In this document: positions 51,627 to 61,027 of the stretch, one piece after another
Layout: each line of letters starts with the position of its first letter
Numbering within the stretch: the first letter of the stretch is position 1
Assembly (NCBI GenBank): GCA_963741255.1
Contig: CAVUHM010000005.1
Location: 32,750 to 96,749 of the forward strand
DNA length: 64,000 nucleotides
DNA from: an uncultured Gammaproteobacteria bacterium
Lineage (GTDB): Bacteria > Pseudomonadota > Gammaproteobacteria > Steroidobacterales > Rariloculaceae
Reading direction: 5' to 3'
Translations under genes and position numbers: made by a program
Notes under the pieces: model-generated
What the model was told of the DNA's origin: nothing
The model's input: the letters and a program-made list of their open reading frames with translations, nothing else
The model's database searches: none

Positions 51627-53633
51627 CGTTGTGCCGCCGTCTTGTGCGACGGCCCGGTCGGCGGCAGCGTGGAGTCGTCGATCAGCTCGAGTGGCGCATC
51701 GGACAGACCGAGCAGGTCGAGCAGGTCGTCGCTCTCGGCCGGCTTCGGCTCAGGCGGAGCCGCAGCGGCCGGTTTCGCGGCGGGCCTCGGCTTGGGCGCC
51801 GCTGCCGCGGGCTTAAGCGGAGGCGCGCTCGGGACCGGCGGCGACTCCTGCATGCCGGGCATTTCGTCTTCCCAGCTCGCTGACGAATTGAGCGCGGCGG
51901 TCATCAGATCGAGCTCCGCGTCGCCGAACAGTGTCTCGGCCATCGAGTCGCTGACGTCGTCGATCGACTTGGCCACCGCAATCGCACGCATCGTCTGTGT
52001 CTGGCGCAGCAAGTCCTCGTCCTCGGCCGGCGCGGACTGGGTGGTGCGCTAGGTGTGGGCTTGGGCGGTACGCTCGGCGTAGCCGCGGCGGCGGGTTTCG
52101 CAGCGGGCGCCGGGGGCGGCGGTTGCTGAGCCGAAACGGGGGCAGGCGTTGCGGGTTTCGGCGGCGCCGCGGTTTTCGGGGTCGAATACGCGGTCTCGAG
52201 GCGCTTCACCGGCGGTGACGGCGCAGGAGCGGGTGGCGAGCTCGGGACGACCGCTGGGCGTGAGGGTGCCGCAGCACCGCTCACGGGCCGTGGCGTTCCT
52301 GCCGGTGGCGCGGTAGCCGCAGGCTTCGCGGCGGCCGGCGTCGTCGTCGCTGCTCGTTGCTGCTGGACCGGCGCCGGCGAAGGCACTTCGACGGCATCCG
52401 TGAGGATCGGGAACTCGCTGCTCGGGACGTCCGGGAGGTCGGTCGCGCCGCCGTCGAACTCGATCGCGACCGACGGGGTGCGAGTCGGTGCCGTCGTCGA
52501 AGCGGCAGGCGGTGCGACAGGCACCGGTGCAGCGGGCCGGGTATCGCTTGCGGGGCCAGAACAGCTGGTGCTGTCGGCGTCGTGCGTGCCACCAGGGGGC
52601 TCGCGGCGGCTGGGACCGGTGTCGGTATTGCGACCGACGGCGTGACAGTGGTTGGCGTTGGCGTCGTGGCACGTGCTGTCGACGGCGTCGCGACACGAGC
52701 GGCGGCGGGCGGCGGCATCGTGACGATCGGCTCCGCGCGCGGCGCGGGCTCGACGCGTTCCGGCGCCGGTGCCGCCGCGGCGGGCTTCGGCGGGGCCGTC
52801 GGGGTCGCCGCTGCTGGCGTCACTTCGGCGAGGCCGAGCATCGTCGCTGCGTTCGACAACGTTGCAACAGTCAGTGTTTTCTCGAGCCCCGTCGCTGCCA
52901 GGGTCAGAGCCGTCTCGCAGAGATTGTTCGCGAGCCGCGCGATGCCGCCGGAGTAGCGGTACAGCGCGGCGGCGACGCCGGGCGCGAATACCGCATCGAA
53001 GCGGCCGCCCGCGCCGGCGACCTGGTGCCGCAGGTAGTCGTTGAGCTCGGCCTCCGTGAACGGGTCGAGCTGTGCCTTGAGGCGAACCCTCTGGCGCAGC
53101 GCGTCGAGCGACGACGCACCGAGATGTCGTTCGAGCCCCGGTTGACCGAGCAGCACCACGTTCGCGCCGGTGTTGCCGGCCGCGTCAGGCGACGTCAACG
53201 AATCGAGCGCTCGCAGCACCTCGGCCGAGAGATCTTCCGTGCGTTCCGCGACGACGAATAGGCGCGATGCGGTCGTGCTCATCTCGCTCTGAAATTGTCG
53301 CCACAGCTGCAGGCGTTCGATGCGCGTGGTTCGTAGCGTCGCGATGCCGAGCTCGATCAGCAACAGCTCGAGGAGCTCCGATGCGTTCGTCGGTGTGCCG
53401 TTCAGCCACGCGATCGCAAGGCGTGTCGTGGTCGCGCGCAAGGCGGTCGACGTCAGGGTGGTCTTACCGACACCGGCCGGGCCTGTCACCACGATCACCG
53501 AGCTTGGGCTTGCGAGCGCGACTTTGAAGCTGGCGATCAGACGGGTGTGCTGGGCGCTCAAGTACACAGCCGTGTCCAAGGAGATGCCTTCGTGGAACAG
53601 GCTCTTCGTAAGGCCGAAGTGTGGGTGATACAT
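51623..53633 (-). pseudogene. ExeA/GspA-like AAA+ ATPase with a long Pro/Ala-rich region and an acidic C-terminal domain; at least two frameshifts
   Basis: N-terminus MYHPHFGLTKSLFHEG...VTGPAGVGKTT (ORF 52281-53633). The PA-rich middle is in ORF 51904-52524. The C-terminus EDEDLLRQTQTMRAIAVAKSIDDVSDSMAETLFGDAELDLMTAALN is in ORF 51623-52012. The path through the low-complexity part is uncertain. Confidence 0.65.
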
Positions 53634-53803
53634 GGCGCCCGGGTCTGCCTTCGGATTGGAATGCGGGAAAGTTTGACCCCTTATGGGGGCATGGTTCGTG
53701 AAGCGCCGTCACAACTTATGCAAAACACACCCGGGCTGCGCTCGATCGCTCGCGTTCCCTATAATTAGGACTGGATCAACGTGTTAGCTGGGTGATTCCG
53801 CGA

Positions 53804-54349
53804 ATGGCGGTGCGGCCGATATTGCGCATGGGCGACCCTTTCTTGACTCGGGTCGCGGCACCTGTGACGGAGTTCGCAACGCCGGCGCTGCGCGAGCTCG
53901 TGCAAGACATGCTGGAGACCATGCGCGCGAATGATGGCGCCGGCCTCGCTGCCGTGCAGATCGGCGTGCCGCTGCGCGTGGTCGTGTTCGAAGTCGCGCA
54001 GAATCCGCGCTATCCGGATGTCGCGCCCGTGCCGCTGACCGTGCTCGTGAACCCGCAGATCGATTTCCTCGGCGACGAGCGAGAGGTGGGTTGGGAAGGC
54101 TGCCTCAGCGTGCCCGGCCTCCGCGGGCTCGTGCCGCGCTACAGCCGGTTGCGCTACCGCGGGTTCGACGAGCTCGGCGAGCCGATCGATCGCACGGTGA
54201 CGGGCTTTCATGCCCGAGTCGTGCAGCACGAGTGCGATCACCTCGATGGCATCCTGTACCCGCAACGCATCGAGGACATGACGAGCTTCGGGTTCCAGGA
54301 CGAGCTCGTCGCCAGCGGTGTGTTACCCATCGCCGCGACCGCGGATTGA
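53804..54349 (+). CDS. def: Peptide deformylase
   Basis: [16 protein letters not shown] and HECDHLDG motifs. The ATG at 53804 ([14 protein letters not shown]) lies within ORF 53792-54349. A TATAAT at 53760-53765 lies upstream. Confidence 0.9.
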   Translation: MAVRPILRMGDPFLTRVAAPVTEFATPALRELVQDMLETMRANDGAGLAAVQIGVPLRVVVFEVAQNPRYPDVAPVPLTVLVNPQIDFLGDEREVGWEGCLSVPGLRGLVPRYSRLRYRGFDELGEPIDRTVTGFHARVVQHECDHLDGILYPQRIEDMTSFGFQDELVASGVLPIAATAD

Positions 54350-54374
54350 CTGACGTCTGACAGGCTGGTAAGAT
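54346..54374 (+). promoter_or_regulatory. Candidate sigma70 promoter: TTGACT, 17 nt spacer, TAAGAT
   Basis: The -35 box TTGACT (54346-54351) overlaps the def stop codon. The -10 box TAAGAT is at 54369-54374 with the optimal 17-nt spacing. It would drive the sORF and cytochrome c gene downstream. Confidence 0.45.
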
Positions 54375-54400
54375 CGGGCTGCGTGCGACTGGGGGGCGGA

Positions 54401-54505
54401 ATGAAACCGCTCGCGTCGTCGGGTCGTATGTCGGTCGGCGTCGCCGTCGCCGGTCTCGCGAGCACGGTCTCGTTGGCGCAAGCACGGGCCGGCTCGAGCA
54501 TCTAG
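54401..54505 (+). CDS. Possible small ORF (34 aa) with a signal-peptide-like sequence
   Basis: ATG preceded by GGGGGGCGGA. It encodes MKPLASSGRMSVGVAVAGLASTVSLAQARAGSSI-stop. It is too short for the ORF track, and I have no homology evidence. Confidence 0.2.
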   Translation: MKPLASSGRMSVGVAVAGLASTVSLAQARAGSSI

Positions 54506-54509
54506 CGGC

Positions 54510-54941
54510 GTGATGAACAAGGTTCGACCGGCGGCCGCGGTGCTCGGCATCGCGGTGGTAGCGGTGGTTGCAGTCTCGAGTGTTACGGCTCAGGACAATC
54601 GGCGAACGCTTCGCGACGGCGTGTTCTCTCCGGCACAGGCCGCGCGCGGCGAACGTCTGTTCGAGTCGATCTGCATCAACTGCCACGAGATGGCCGAGTT
54701 CACGGGGCCCGATGCCTATCTCGAGGAAGTCGAGGGCAAACCGCTCTGGGACACGTTCGAATACGTGTGGTCCGAGATGCCGGAGGACGACCCGTCGTCG
54801 CTGAATCCCGAGGACTATGCCGCGGTGCTCGCGTACATCTTCAGCGTGTACGGAATGCCGAGCGGCGAAGCCGATCTGCCGATCGACCGCGACTCACTGC
54901 GCGCGATCACGATCGTGCGGCCCGAGCGTCCCGGAAGCTGA
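54510..54941 (+). CDS. Exported monoheme c-type cytochrome
   Basis: Intact 143-aa ORF with a signal peptide and a CINCH heme motif. Confidence 0.8.
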   Translation: MMNKVRPAAAVLGIAVVAVVAVSSVTAQDNRRTLRDGVFSPAQAARGERLFESICINCHEMAEFTGPDAYLEEVEGKPLWDTFEYVWSEMPEDDPSSLNPEDYAAVLAYIFSVYGMPSGEADLPIDRDSLRAITIVRPERPGS

Positions 54942-54967
54942 CCGCGCTCGCCGCTTGCGCGCTGTGC

Positions 54968-55811
54968 CTAACGAACGAAGCGGTCGAGCCAAGGCTGAAG
55001 CTCTTCGGCCCACACATCGAACCCCGGCGGCTGTATTCCGAATCGCCGCCGCTCGCACCCCACCGCGACCACATGGTGCGTGTTGTGCGTGCCGTCTGGC
55101 AGGTAGAAGCGTTCGCCGAAATCGGCGTAGAAGACCGTTTGGTCGTCGATCAGCTCGCGAGCACACAGCCGCTGTGTCTTGCGGCGATTTCACGCCATTC
55201 TTCGCGAGCGTCGCGAAGTCCTCGCGGGAACGGCGCTAGGAGCAGGATCTTGGCCTGCGGCTGGCGCGCGCCGGATCTCGGCGATCACGGCGTTCGTACA
55301 CCGAGTGATCAGCTGAACGGGCGCGGTCGGCGTCGAAGCGCGACGTCGGGCGGCGACGCCGGCCCCGGAGTAAGGGCACGAAGCACGACGAGCTTCGCGC
55401 GATAGCCCGCGAGCTCGCCGTGCTGCATCCGCCAAACGAAGCTCGAGGGGCGAGTGCCTTGCGAGCCGAAGTTCGCGGCTTTCAGTGGAGCCGAACCGGC
55501 GATTCCAAACGTGGTCAGGCCGCGTTCCTTCCAATGCCACATCTCGGTATTGGTGGTGCCGAAGAACACGAAGTCGATGTCGCCGGCTTGCTGCGCGAGG
55601 TCGATGAACCTGTCGTGCCGGTGCCGCCTCGAGCGCATGCGTCAGCGTGCTCGCGGGTGCGTCGGCGCTGACGGCGTCCAAACGCTCGGAAGGCGGGGCG
55701 ACCTCCACGAACTTGCCGCGACAGGCTGTTGTGCCCAAGCGGCGTAGCCCAGCGCGGCGCCGAGCACGGTGACGAGTGCGAGCCGCCCGCGACTGCGCCG
55801 CAGTGACTCAC
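54968..55811 (-). pseudogene. SGNH/GDSL-family hydrolase-like protein, several frameshifts; block I reads GTT instead of GDS
   Basis: Signal segment SLRRSRGRLALVTVLGAALGYAAWAQQP. Block I is IDFVFFGTTNTEMW and block II is ANFGSQG. AKILLLAPFPRG follows. The C-terminus is TVFYADFGERFYLPDGTHNTHH...FDVWAEELQPWLDRFVR-stop. The pieces lie in three frames. The putative GTG start overlaps the M56 stop (GTGA). Confidence 0.5.
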
Positions 55812-56656
55812 CGACAGGCGCGGCCCAGCAGCTCGATACGCTCTGCGAGGCGCTTCGCCCGAGCGGCTCGTCCAGGTGCAGCCGAGTGGGAGGAATCGCC
55901 GCCGAAATCTGCGTCTGCAACAGGGCGCTGCGCATACGTACGGCGCGCGGCCGGTCGCGCGGCGATCACGGCAGCGTCGCACGCGAGCTCCTGATCTGTC
56001 CTGAGCGCGATTCGCGGCGAGATGCACGAGCGGATTGAACCAGTTGCACGCAGCGCACGACCTCGACGAGCGCGTTGACGAGGGTGTGACCCGAGACTCG
56101 ATGCATGTCTTCGTGCGCGAGGATCAGTGCGCGCTCGTGCGGCGTCGAAGCGCGATGGTCGAAATCAGCGGCAGAACGAGCCTCGGGCCGCAGCACGCCG
56201 ACCAGCGCGGGCCCGACGGAAGGATCGCGCGCGAGCCGACGGGTGCTCGACGATCGATCGTGCCATCAACGCGACTGCCGCCGAGCAGCCAGAACACGAT
56301 CCGACACGTCAGCGAGCGTCGGAACGGCAGCGACGTTTCGGCGCGGCGAGACCGCGATCTGCTCGATGCTCAGCGGCAAGGTTGCGGCCGGAGTCGATCG
56401 ACTCGTCGGCGCATCGCAGCGCTCGCAGCGACTACGCGGTGACTCGCATATCCCTGGGATCACGACGATCTGCTGGCGCGCGGGAACGAAGCTGGCAATC
56501 GGCAACGATCGGCACGATCCAACCACAACGAATACGCGACGTTGGCGCCGAGCCGACGCAGCACGAAAGGGCGCAGCGCGACCACGAGCAGGATCGCGAC
56601 ACTCGCGACGACGATTCACGCGAATCAATGCTAGCGAGAATCGTTTCAGCGTTCAT
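55808..56656 (-). pseudogene. M56 family (BlaR1-like) metallopeptidase, short form, multiple frameshifts
   Basis: MNAETILASIDSR is followed by the TM pieces IVVASVAILLVVALRPFVLRRLGANVAYSLWL and IVPIVA, each in a different frame. The HExxH motif is ERALILAHEDMHRVSGH. WFNPLVHLAANR is also present. The start overlaps the blaI-like stop by 11 nt. Confidence 0.7.
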
Positions 56657-57020
56657 GCTCGAACTTCTCGATCAGACGTTTCAGCTCCGTCGACCTCGTC
56701 GCGGCGTCAGATCGTGGCGGTCCGAGAAGTGCGTAACGAACGGCGCAATGCGCCCGCCGAACAAGCGTGTCGATCAACCGGCGGCTCTGCTCGTGGACGT
56801 AGTCCTCGCGCGGGATCAACGGGCTGTAGAGGTAGCGCCGCCCGTCCGGCGCGGCGGCCAGCGCCTTTTTCTTCACGAGGCGAGTCAGGAACGTGCGGAT
56901 CGTGCCGGGCGTCCAGTCGCGATCGTTCTCCATCGCCTCGACGACGTCGTCGGCGCTGAGCGGCCCTTGGGCTCGCCAGAACACGTCCATGACCTTGCCT
57001 TCGGCTTCGCTGATCTTCAT
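56646..57020 (-). CDS. BlaI/MecI/CopY family transcriptional repressor (open frame, but with an apparent internal out-of-frame segment)
   Basis: The ATG at 57020 gives MKISEAEGKVMDVFWRAQGPLSADDVVEAMENDRDWTPGTIRTFLTRLVKKKAL, the winged-helix part. Between about 56694 and 56772 the alternative frame reads FGGRIAPFVTHFSDRHDLTP, which is family-like, whereas the annotated frame reads VRRAHCAVRYALLGPPRSDAATRST. Confidence 0.8.
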   Translation of the reverse strand: MKISEAEGKVMDVFWRAQGPLSADDVVEAMENDRDWTPGTIRTFLTRLVKKKALAAAPDGRRYLYSPLIPREDYVHEQSRRLIDTLVRRAHCAVRYALLGPPRSDAATRSTELKRLIEKFEHER

Positions 57021-57027
57021 GACCTGA

Positions 57028-57061
57028 TACACGTGTATTTGATATTCAAAATACACCTGTA
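57028..57061. promoter_or_regulatory. Putative BlaI-type operator: two TACA-NN-TGTA dyads flanking a TTTGATATTCAAA palindrome
   Basis: TACACGTGTA (57028-57037), TTTGATATTCAAA (57038-57050) and TACACCTGTA (57052-57061). It begins 8 nt upstream of the blaI-like ATG, in an AT-rich patch. Confidence 0.5.
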
Positions 57062-57141
57062 ATAGTGGCTGTCAAGCCGGGTAGGGACCCCTGGCCGAAT
57101 CGTCATGAGCCCGGAATCGGCTAAGCTCCGGCGGTTTTCGA

Positions 57142-57699
57142 GTGCTGGCGATGCTGCAGAGAATCAGAGTCCTTCTGAAGTTTCGTCGAGGGTTGCTCGC
57201 TCGGCGGGCCGGACGCCTGCCGGAAGCGCGTCGCGAGTTCGGCGCAGCGGCAGAGCTTGCGCGGCGGTGCGGGTCGAAGCGGCTCCTGGTGCCGTGCCTC
57301 AAGGGTCTCGCGCAAATCGAGCGCGACGCCGGAAACACCGCTGCTGCGGTGCCGCTGTATCGGGAAGCGGTCTCCGATTGCCGCTCGATCGGCGACAAAG
57401 TGCTGTTGGCGCACACGCTCCGACACCTCGGCGACGTGCATCAGGATCTCGATCAGTTGGCAGAGGCCGACGCATGCTATCGCGAGGCCCTGACGTTGTA
57501 CCGTGAGAGCGGCGCCGCGCGGAGCCTGGATCTCGCGAATGCGGTTCGTGCGTATGCGCTGCTGAAAGAACGCGTCGGCGACCCTGCAGAGGCGCGTGAG
57601 CTTTGGACCGAGGCGCACCGTTTGTACGCGAGCAGCAATGCGCCGGCCGGCGTCGCGGAGAGCGCGACTCACCTCGCGAAGCTCGAGGGCGAACGATGA
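57142..57699 (+). CDS. Tetratricopeptide-repeat protein
   Basis: Intact 185-aa ORF with TPR-like repeats (AVPLYREAVSDCRSIGD..., ADACYREALTLYRESG..., ARELWTEAHRLY). Confidence 0.7.
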   Translation: MLAMLQRIRVLLKFRRGLLARRAGRLPEARREFGAAAELARRCGSKRLLVPCLKGLAQIERDAGNTAAAVPLYREAVSDCRSIGDKVLLAHTLRHLGDVHQDLDQLAEADACYREALTLYRESGAARSLDLANAVRAYALLKERVGDPAEARELWTEAHRLYASSNAPAGVAESATHLAKLEGER

Positions 57700-58542
57700 C
57701 CGCCCGCATGTTGTTGCGTTGGGCCGTGCTCATACACGCGGCGCTATGCCCGATCGCAGTCGGGACCGATGTTGCCGGCGGCGTCAGGCGACGACGGCCG
57801 CGGTGTCGGACGCGTGCAGCGCCGAGCGAGTCCGAGCGTCGCCCGTTGAGCTCGACGACACGCTGAACAAAGTCGCGCGCGAGGTCTCGTACGACACTCC
57901 GTTGGACGACGCGATGCAGCGCGTCGGCTATCTCGCCGAGAAGTCGACGTCGCTGTATTTCAAAGTCCTGGCCGACGACGCGGCAATCAAAGAGATCATC
58001 GCGGATCGGTATTGCGTCGGCGTTAGAGACGAGGGCTTCACGGAGATCGGCGTCTATCATTTCCATCTCGAGACTTGGATCGTGTTGGCGCGACCGATCG
58101 CGAAGCCTGCGATAGGAGACACTGCAATCATCGAAGCGCGAGTGCTCGAGCTCGTGAATGCGGCGCGCGCACAGTCTCGTCGGTGCGGCGACCGCGAGCT
58201 CGTCGCGGCGCCGCCGTTGACGCTTGCCAGCGAGCTGACCGTGGCCGCGGCGCGTCATGCGGGCGATATGGCTCTGAACGGCACATTCCGGCATCAAGGC
58301 TCGGACGGTAGCGAGTCGCGCAACGAGTGGCCGCGGCCGGCTATCGGTGGCGCTCGACCGGCGAGAACATCGCAGCCGGCCAACGCACAGCGGCAACGGT
58401 CGTGGCCGCATGGCTCGAGAGCCCCGAGCACTGTGCGAATCTCATGGACCGCGCGTTCAACGAAATGGGCGTCGCGTTCGCGCTGGCGGCGTCGGGGAGC
58501 CCCGATATCTACTGGACGCAAGTCTTCGGCGCGCGGCTATAG
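57696..58542 (+). pseudogene. Secreted CAP/SCP/PR1-like domain protein, two frameshifts
   Basis: The start overlaps the TPR stop (ATGA). The signal MTARMLLRWAVLIHAALCPIAVG is in ORF 57603-57866. The middle is in ORF 57596-58552 (ARVLELVNAARAQSRRCG...AAARHAGDMALNGTFRHQGSDGS). The C-terminus is in ORF 58327-58542 (GENIAAGQRTAATVVAAWLESPEHCANLMD...YWTQVFG). Confidence 0.75.
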
Positions 58543-58548
58543 CGATCG

Positions 58549-60297
58549 CTAGTCCGGTAGCGCGAACACGAACAGCTTGTTCTGGCTCTCGGCCGGCATG
58601 GCGTCGGGCGTGAGCCGTGAGAGGCCGCCGGTCACGTTCGAGCGGCCTGTGCTCACCGCGAGATACTGCTCGCCGTCGACGGCGAACGTCACGGGGTGGC
58701 CCGTCACGTGCGCGCCGAGGTTCGTCTCCCACAGCACTTGGCCGGTTTCGGCGTCGAAGGCGCGCAGCATGCCGGCGAGGTCGCCGCCGAATACGAGGTC
58801 GCCGCCGGTCGCGAGAAGCGCCATCATCGCTGCGCGTTGGTCGTGCCGCCAAGACTCTTTGCCGGTTTCGACGGAGATCGTGCGCAGCGTGCCGGCGTTG
58901 CCGGCGGCATCGGGTGCGATCACGTTTTGCGTCTGAATCGCGTACAGCATCTCCGGTGTCGCCGGGCCCGATACCGACGTCGTCCACGCGCACGTGTTCG
59001 CCATGGCGAAGTACATCGTTCGTGTGCGCGGGCTGTAAGCGCCCGCGGGCCAGTTCTTGCCGCCGTTCGTGGTCGGGCAGATCAAGCGGCTTTGGTCCGG
59101 GCCCGTGAACACAGCGTCGGCGCGAATCGTGACGGCGCCGGTCGCGCCGTCGATGCGGTCGATCACGTTTTGCGTGATCGTGGGCCGCGCCCAGAGAAAC
59201 TCGCCGGTTGCACGATCGAGCGTATAGACGAGCCCCGTCTTGCCCGGGATGCCCGTCATCACTCGCCGCTGCTCGCCGTTCCGCAACCGTGGGTTGATCC
59301 ACGGCACTTCGTTCGCATCGGGCGCGACCGCGGTGTCGATCAGAATCCGCTCGAACGGGTGATCGAGGTCCCAGTGATCGACCGCGTGCTGGTAGTACCA
59401 CACGGTCTCGCCGGTCGTCGGCCGCAGGGCGAGCGTCGAGTTGTGGTACAGGTACTGCGCGTCGTTGCCGCCGAGCATGAATTTCGGCGCGGGCGCGGTC
59501 ACGGATGTGCCGACGTACACGAGATCGAGCGCGGGGTCGTAGCTCGGAATCATCCACGCACCGACGTGCCAGCGCCTGTCGTCGGGCACGTCGCCCCAGC
59601 TGTCGCCGCCGGGCTCACCAGGCTTCGGAATCGTGCGCTTGCGCCACAACTCCTTGCCGGTGCGCGCGTCGTGGCCCGTGATCACGCAGGCATCGGGGCC
59701 GCCGTTCGGCTGACAGTTGCGGCCCGCGATCAGCACGCCGTTTGCGACGAGCGGCGCGGAGCCCTGCTTCACGTGATGGATCTTGTAGTCGAGGATTTTG
59801 GTTTCCCAGACTTGCTCACCTGTCACCGCGTCGAGCGCGTAGATGTAGTCGTCGGCGCCGTTATCGATGATCAACCGGTCGTAGATCGCGAGGTTGCGGT
59901 TCGTCTGTGGGAACGGCACAAATTGGCCTAGGTCGGCGGGCAGTGCGCGACGGTGCTGCCACAGTTGCTTGCCGGTCGCGGCTTCAAAGGCTGTCGTGAC
60001 GTCCATGGGACTCGGGAAGTACAGCACGCCGTCGTAGATGAGCGGGATTCCCTCCTGCGATGGTGCGTCGTCGAGATCGACCGACCACGCGAGCGTCAGT
60101 TGCGCGACGTTGCGGCGATCGATGTGCTCGAGCGGGCTGTAACCCCAGCTGTCGACCGTACGCCGCCACATGAGCCAATCGGCGGGATCGGGATTCTCGA
60201 GCATTGCGTCCGTGACGGGCACGAACTCTGCCGCGTCGGCATTCGACGCCAACAGGGTCAACGCGGTAATCGCGAGCGGGGACAACCGTCGGGTCAT
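58549..60297 (-). CDS. PQQ-dependent dehydrogenase (methanol/ethanol family propeller)
   Basis: Internal ATG of ORF 58549-60807 gives MTRRLSPLAITALTLLASNADAAEF. Typical N-terminus NPDPADWLMWRRTVDSWGYSPLEHIDRRNVAQLTLAW with W-docking repeats. Intact over 583 aa. Confidence 0.9.
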   Translation of the reverse strand: MTRRLSPLAITALTLLASNADAAEFVPVTDAMLENPDPADWLMWRRTVDSWGYSPLEHIDRRNVAQLTLAWSVDLDDAPSQEGIPLIYDGVLYFPSPMDVTTAFEAATGKQLWQHRRALPADLGQFVPFPQTNRNLAIYDRLIIDNGADDYIYALDAVTGEQVWETKILDYKIHHVKQGSAPLVANGVLIAGRNCQPNGGPDACVITGHDARTGKELWRKRTIPKPGEPGGDSWGDVPDDRRWHVGAWMIPSYDPALDLVYVGTSVTAPAPKFMLGGNDAQYLYHNSTLALRPTTGETVWYYQHAVDHWDLDHPFERILIDTAVAPDANEVPWINPRLRNGEQRRVMTGIPGKTGLVYTLDRATGEFLWARPTITQNVIDRIDGATGAVTIRADAVFTGPDQSRLICPTTNGGKNWPAGAYSPRTRTMYFAMANTCAWTTSVSGPATPEMLYAIQTQNVIAPDAAGNAGTLRTISVETGKESWRHDQRAAMMALLATGGDLVFGGDLAGMLRAFDAETGQVLWETNLGAHVTGHPVTFAVDGEQYLAVSTGRSNVTGGLSRLTPDAMPAESQNKLFVFALPD

Positions 60298-60423
60298 GTC
60301 GAGCGTGCTCCTCGGTGCGCGCCAAAGTGTAGCAGCGATCGCGAGTCCGGCACTCGCCGCCCTCTTGCGCGGTCGGCGGCGGCGCGTCGTATGATACGGA
60401 CGAGTAGGGCAAGCGGGGGCACC

Positions 60424-61017
60424 ATGACCAGTCGCAGAGAGTTCCTCCAAATTGGCGTTGCCGCGTCGGCATTGCCATGGGCCGCGTACGCTGCTGCTGT
60501 CGCTCCGTCCGCGTCGGCGGACGCGTTGCCGCTCTACAAGGTCGTATACGACACCCGGTTTTTCCCCAGCATCGAGTTCGCGCGGCGCGCGTCGGCCCGA
60601 GGGCACGCCGTGCACGCGATCGACGGCGATATGACGCGCTTCTGGTACGACGATCTCTACCATCGTTGGCGCCATGGCCCGGCCGCGATCGCGGGGCTTA
60701 CGGCGCGCGGAGCATTGTTCTGTCTCGAGCAGCTGGCCTGGGATCAGCGTATGCGCGTCGTGTTTCGCGCCGAGCATTCCGTCGGTGACGACGGATGCGT
60801 CGCACATCGGTTCGACGGCACCACGGCTCTGATGTCGGCCGCAGTCGACGCGGCGTCAGGACCGGGCTGGGCCGCCGCAATGGCGGACATCGTGGGTCGA
60901 TGTCCGTTGGCTCGTCCGGAGCGATCGACCGCGAGTGCGCTGACGAAGCACGCCTCCACGTCGCCGGTTGGCGAGCCATTGTTCTCGTGGGTCATTGCAC
61001 CCGTGATACGCGCATAA
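60424..61017 (+). CDS. Tat-signal hypothetical protein (about 197 aa)
   Basis: In frame within ORF 59953-61017. MTSRREFLQIGVAASALPWAAYAAAV. No family was recognised. It is divergent from the PQQ dehydrogenase and 10 nt upstream of a cytochrome c gene. Confidence 0.6.
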   Translation: MTSRREFLQIGVAASALPWAAYAAAVAPSASADALPLYKVVYDTRFFPSIEFARRASARGHAVHAIDGDMTRFWYDDLYHRWRHGPAAIAGLTARGALFCLEQLAWDQRMRVVFRAEHSVGDDGCVAHRFDGTTALMSAAVDAASGPGWAAAMADIVGRCPLARPERSTASALTKHASTSPVGEPLFSWVIAPVIRA

Positions 61018-61027
61018 GGGTGGAGCG

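Noticed and set aside
51900-52800. Highly repetitive GC-rich stretch with ORFs open in all frames, considered as a repeat array or several small genes
   Set aside because: It is best explained as one Pro/Ala-rich low-complexity linker of the ExeA-like protein. The nucleotide-level repeats are short and irregular.
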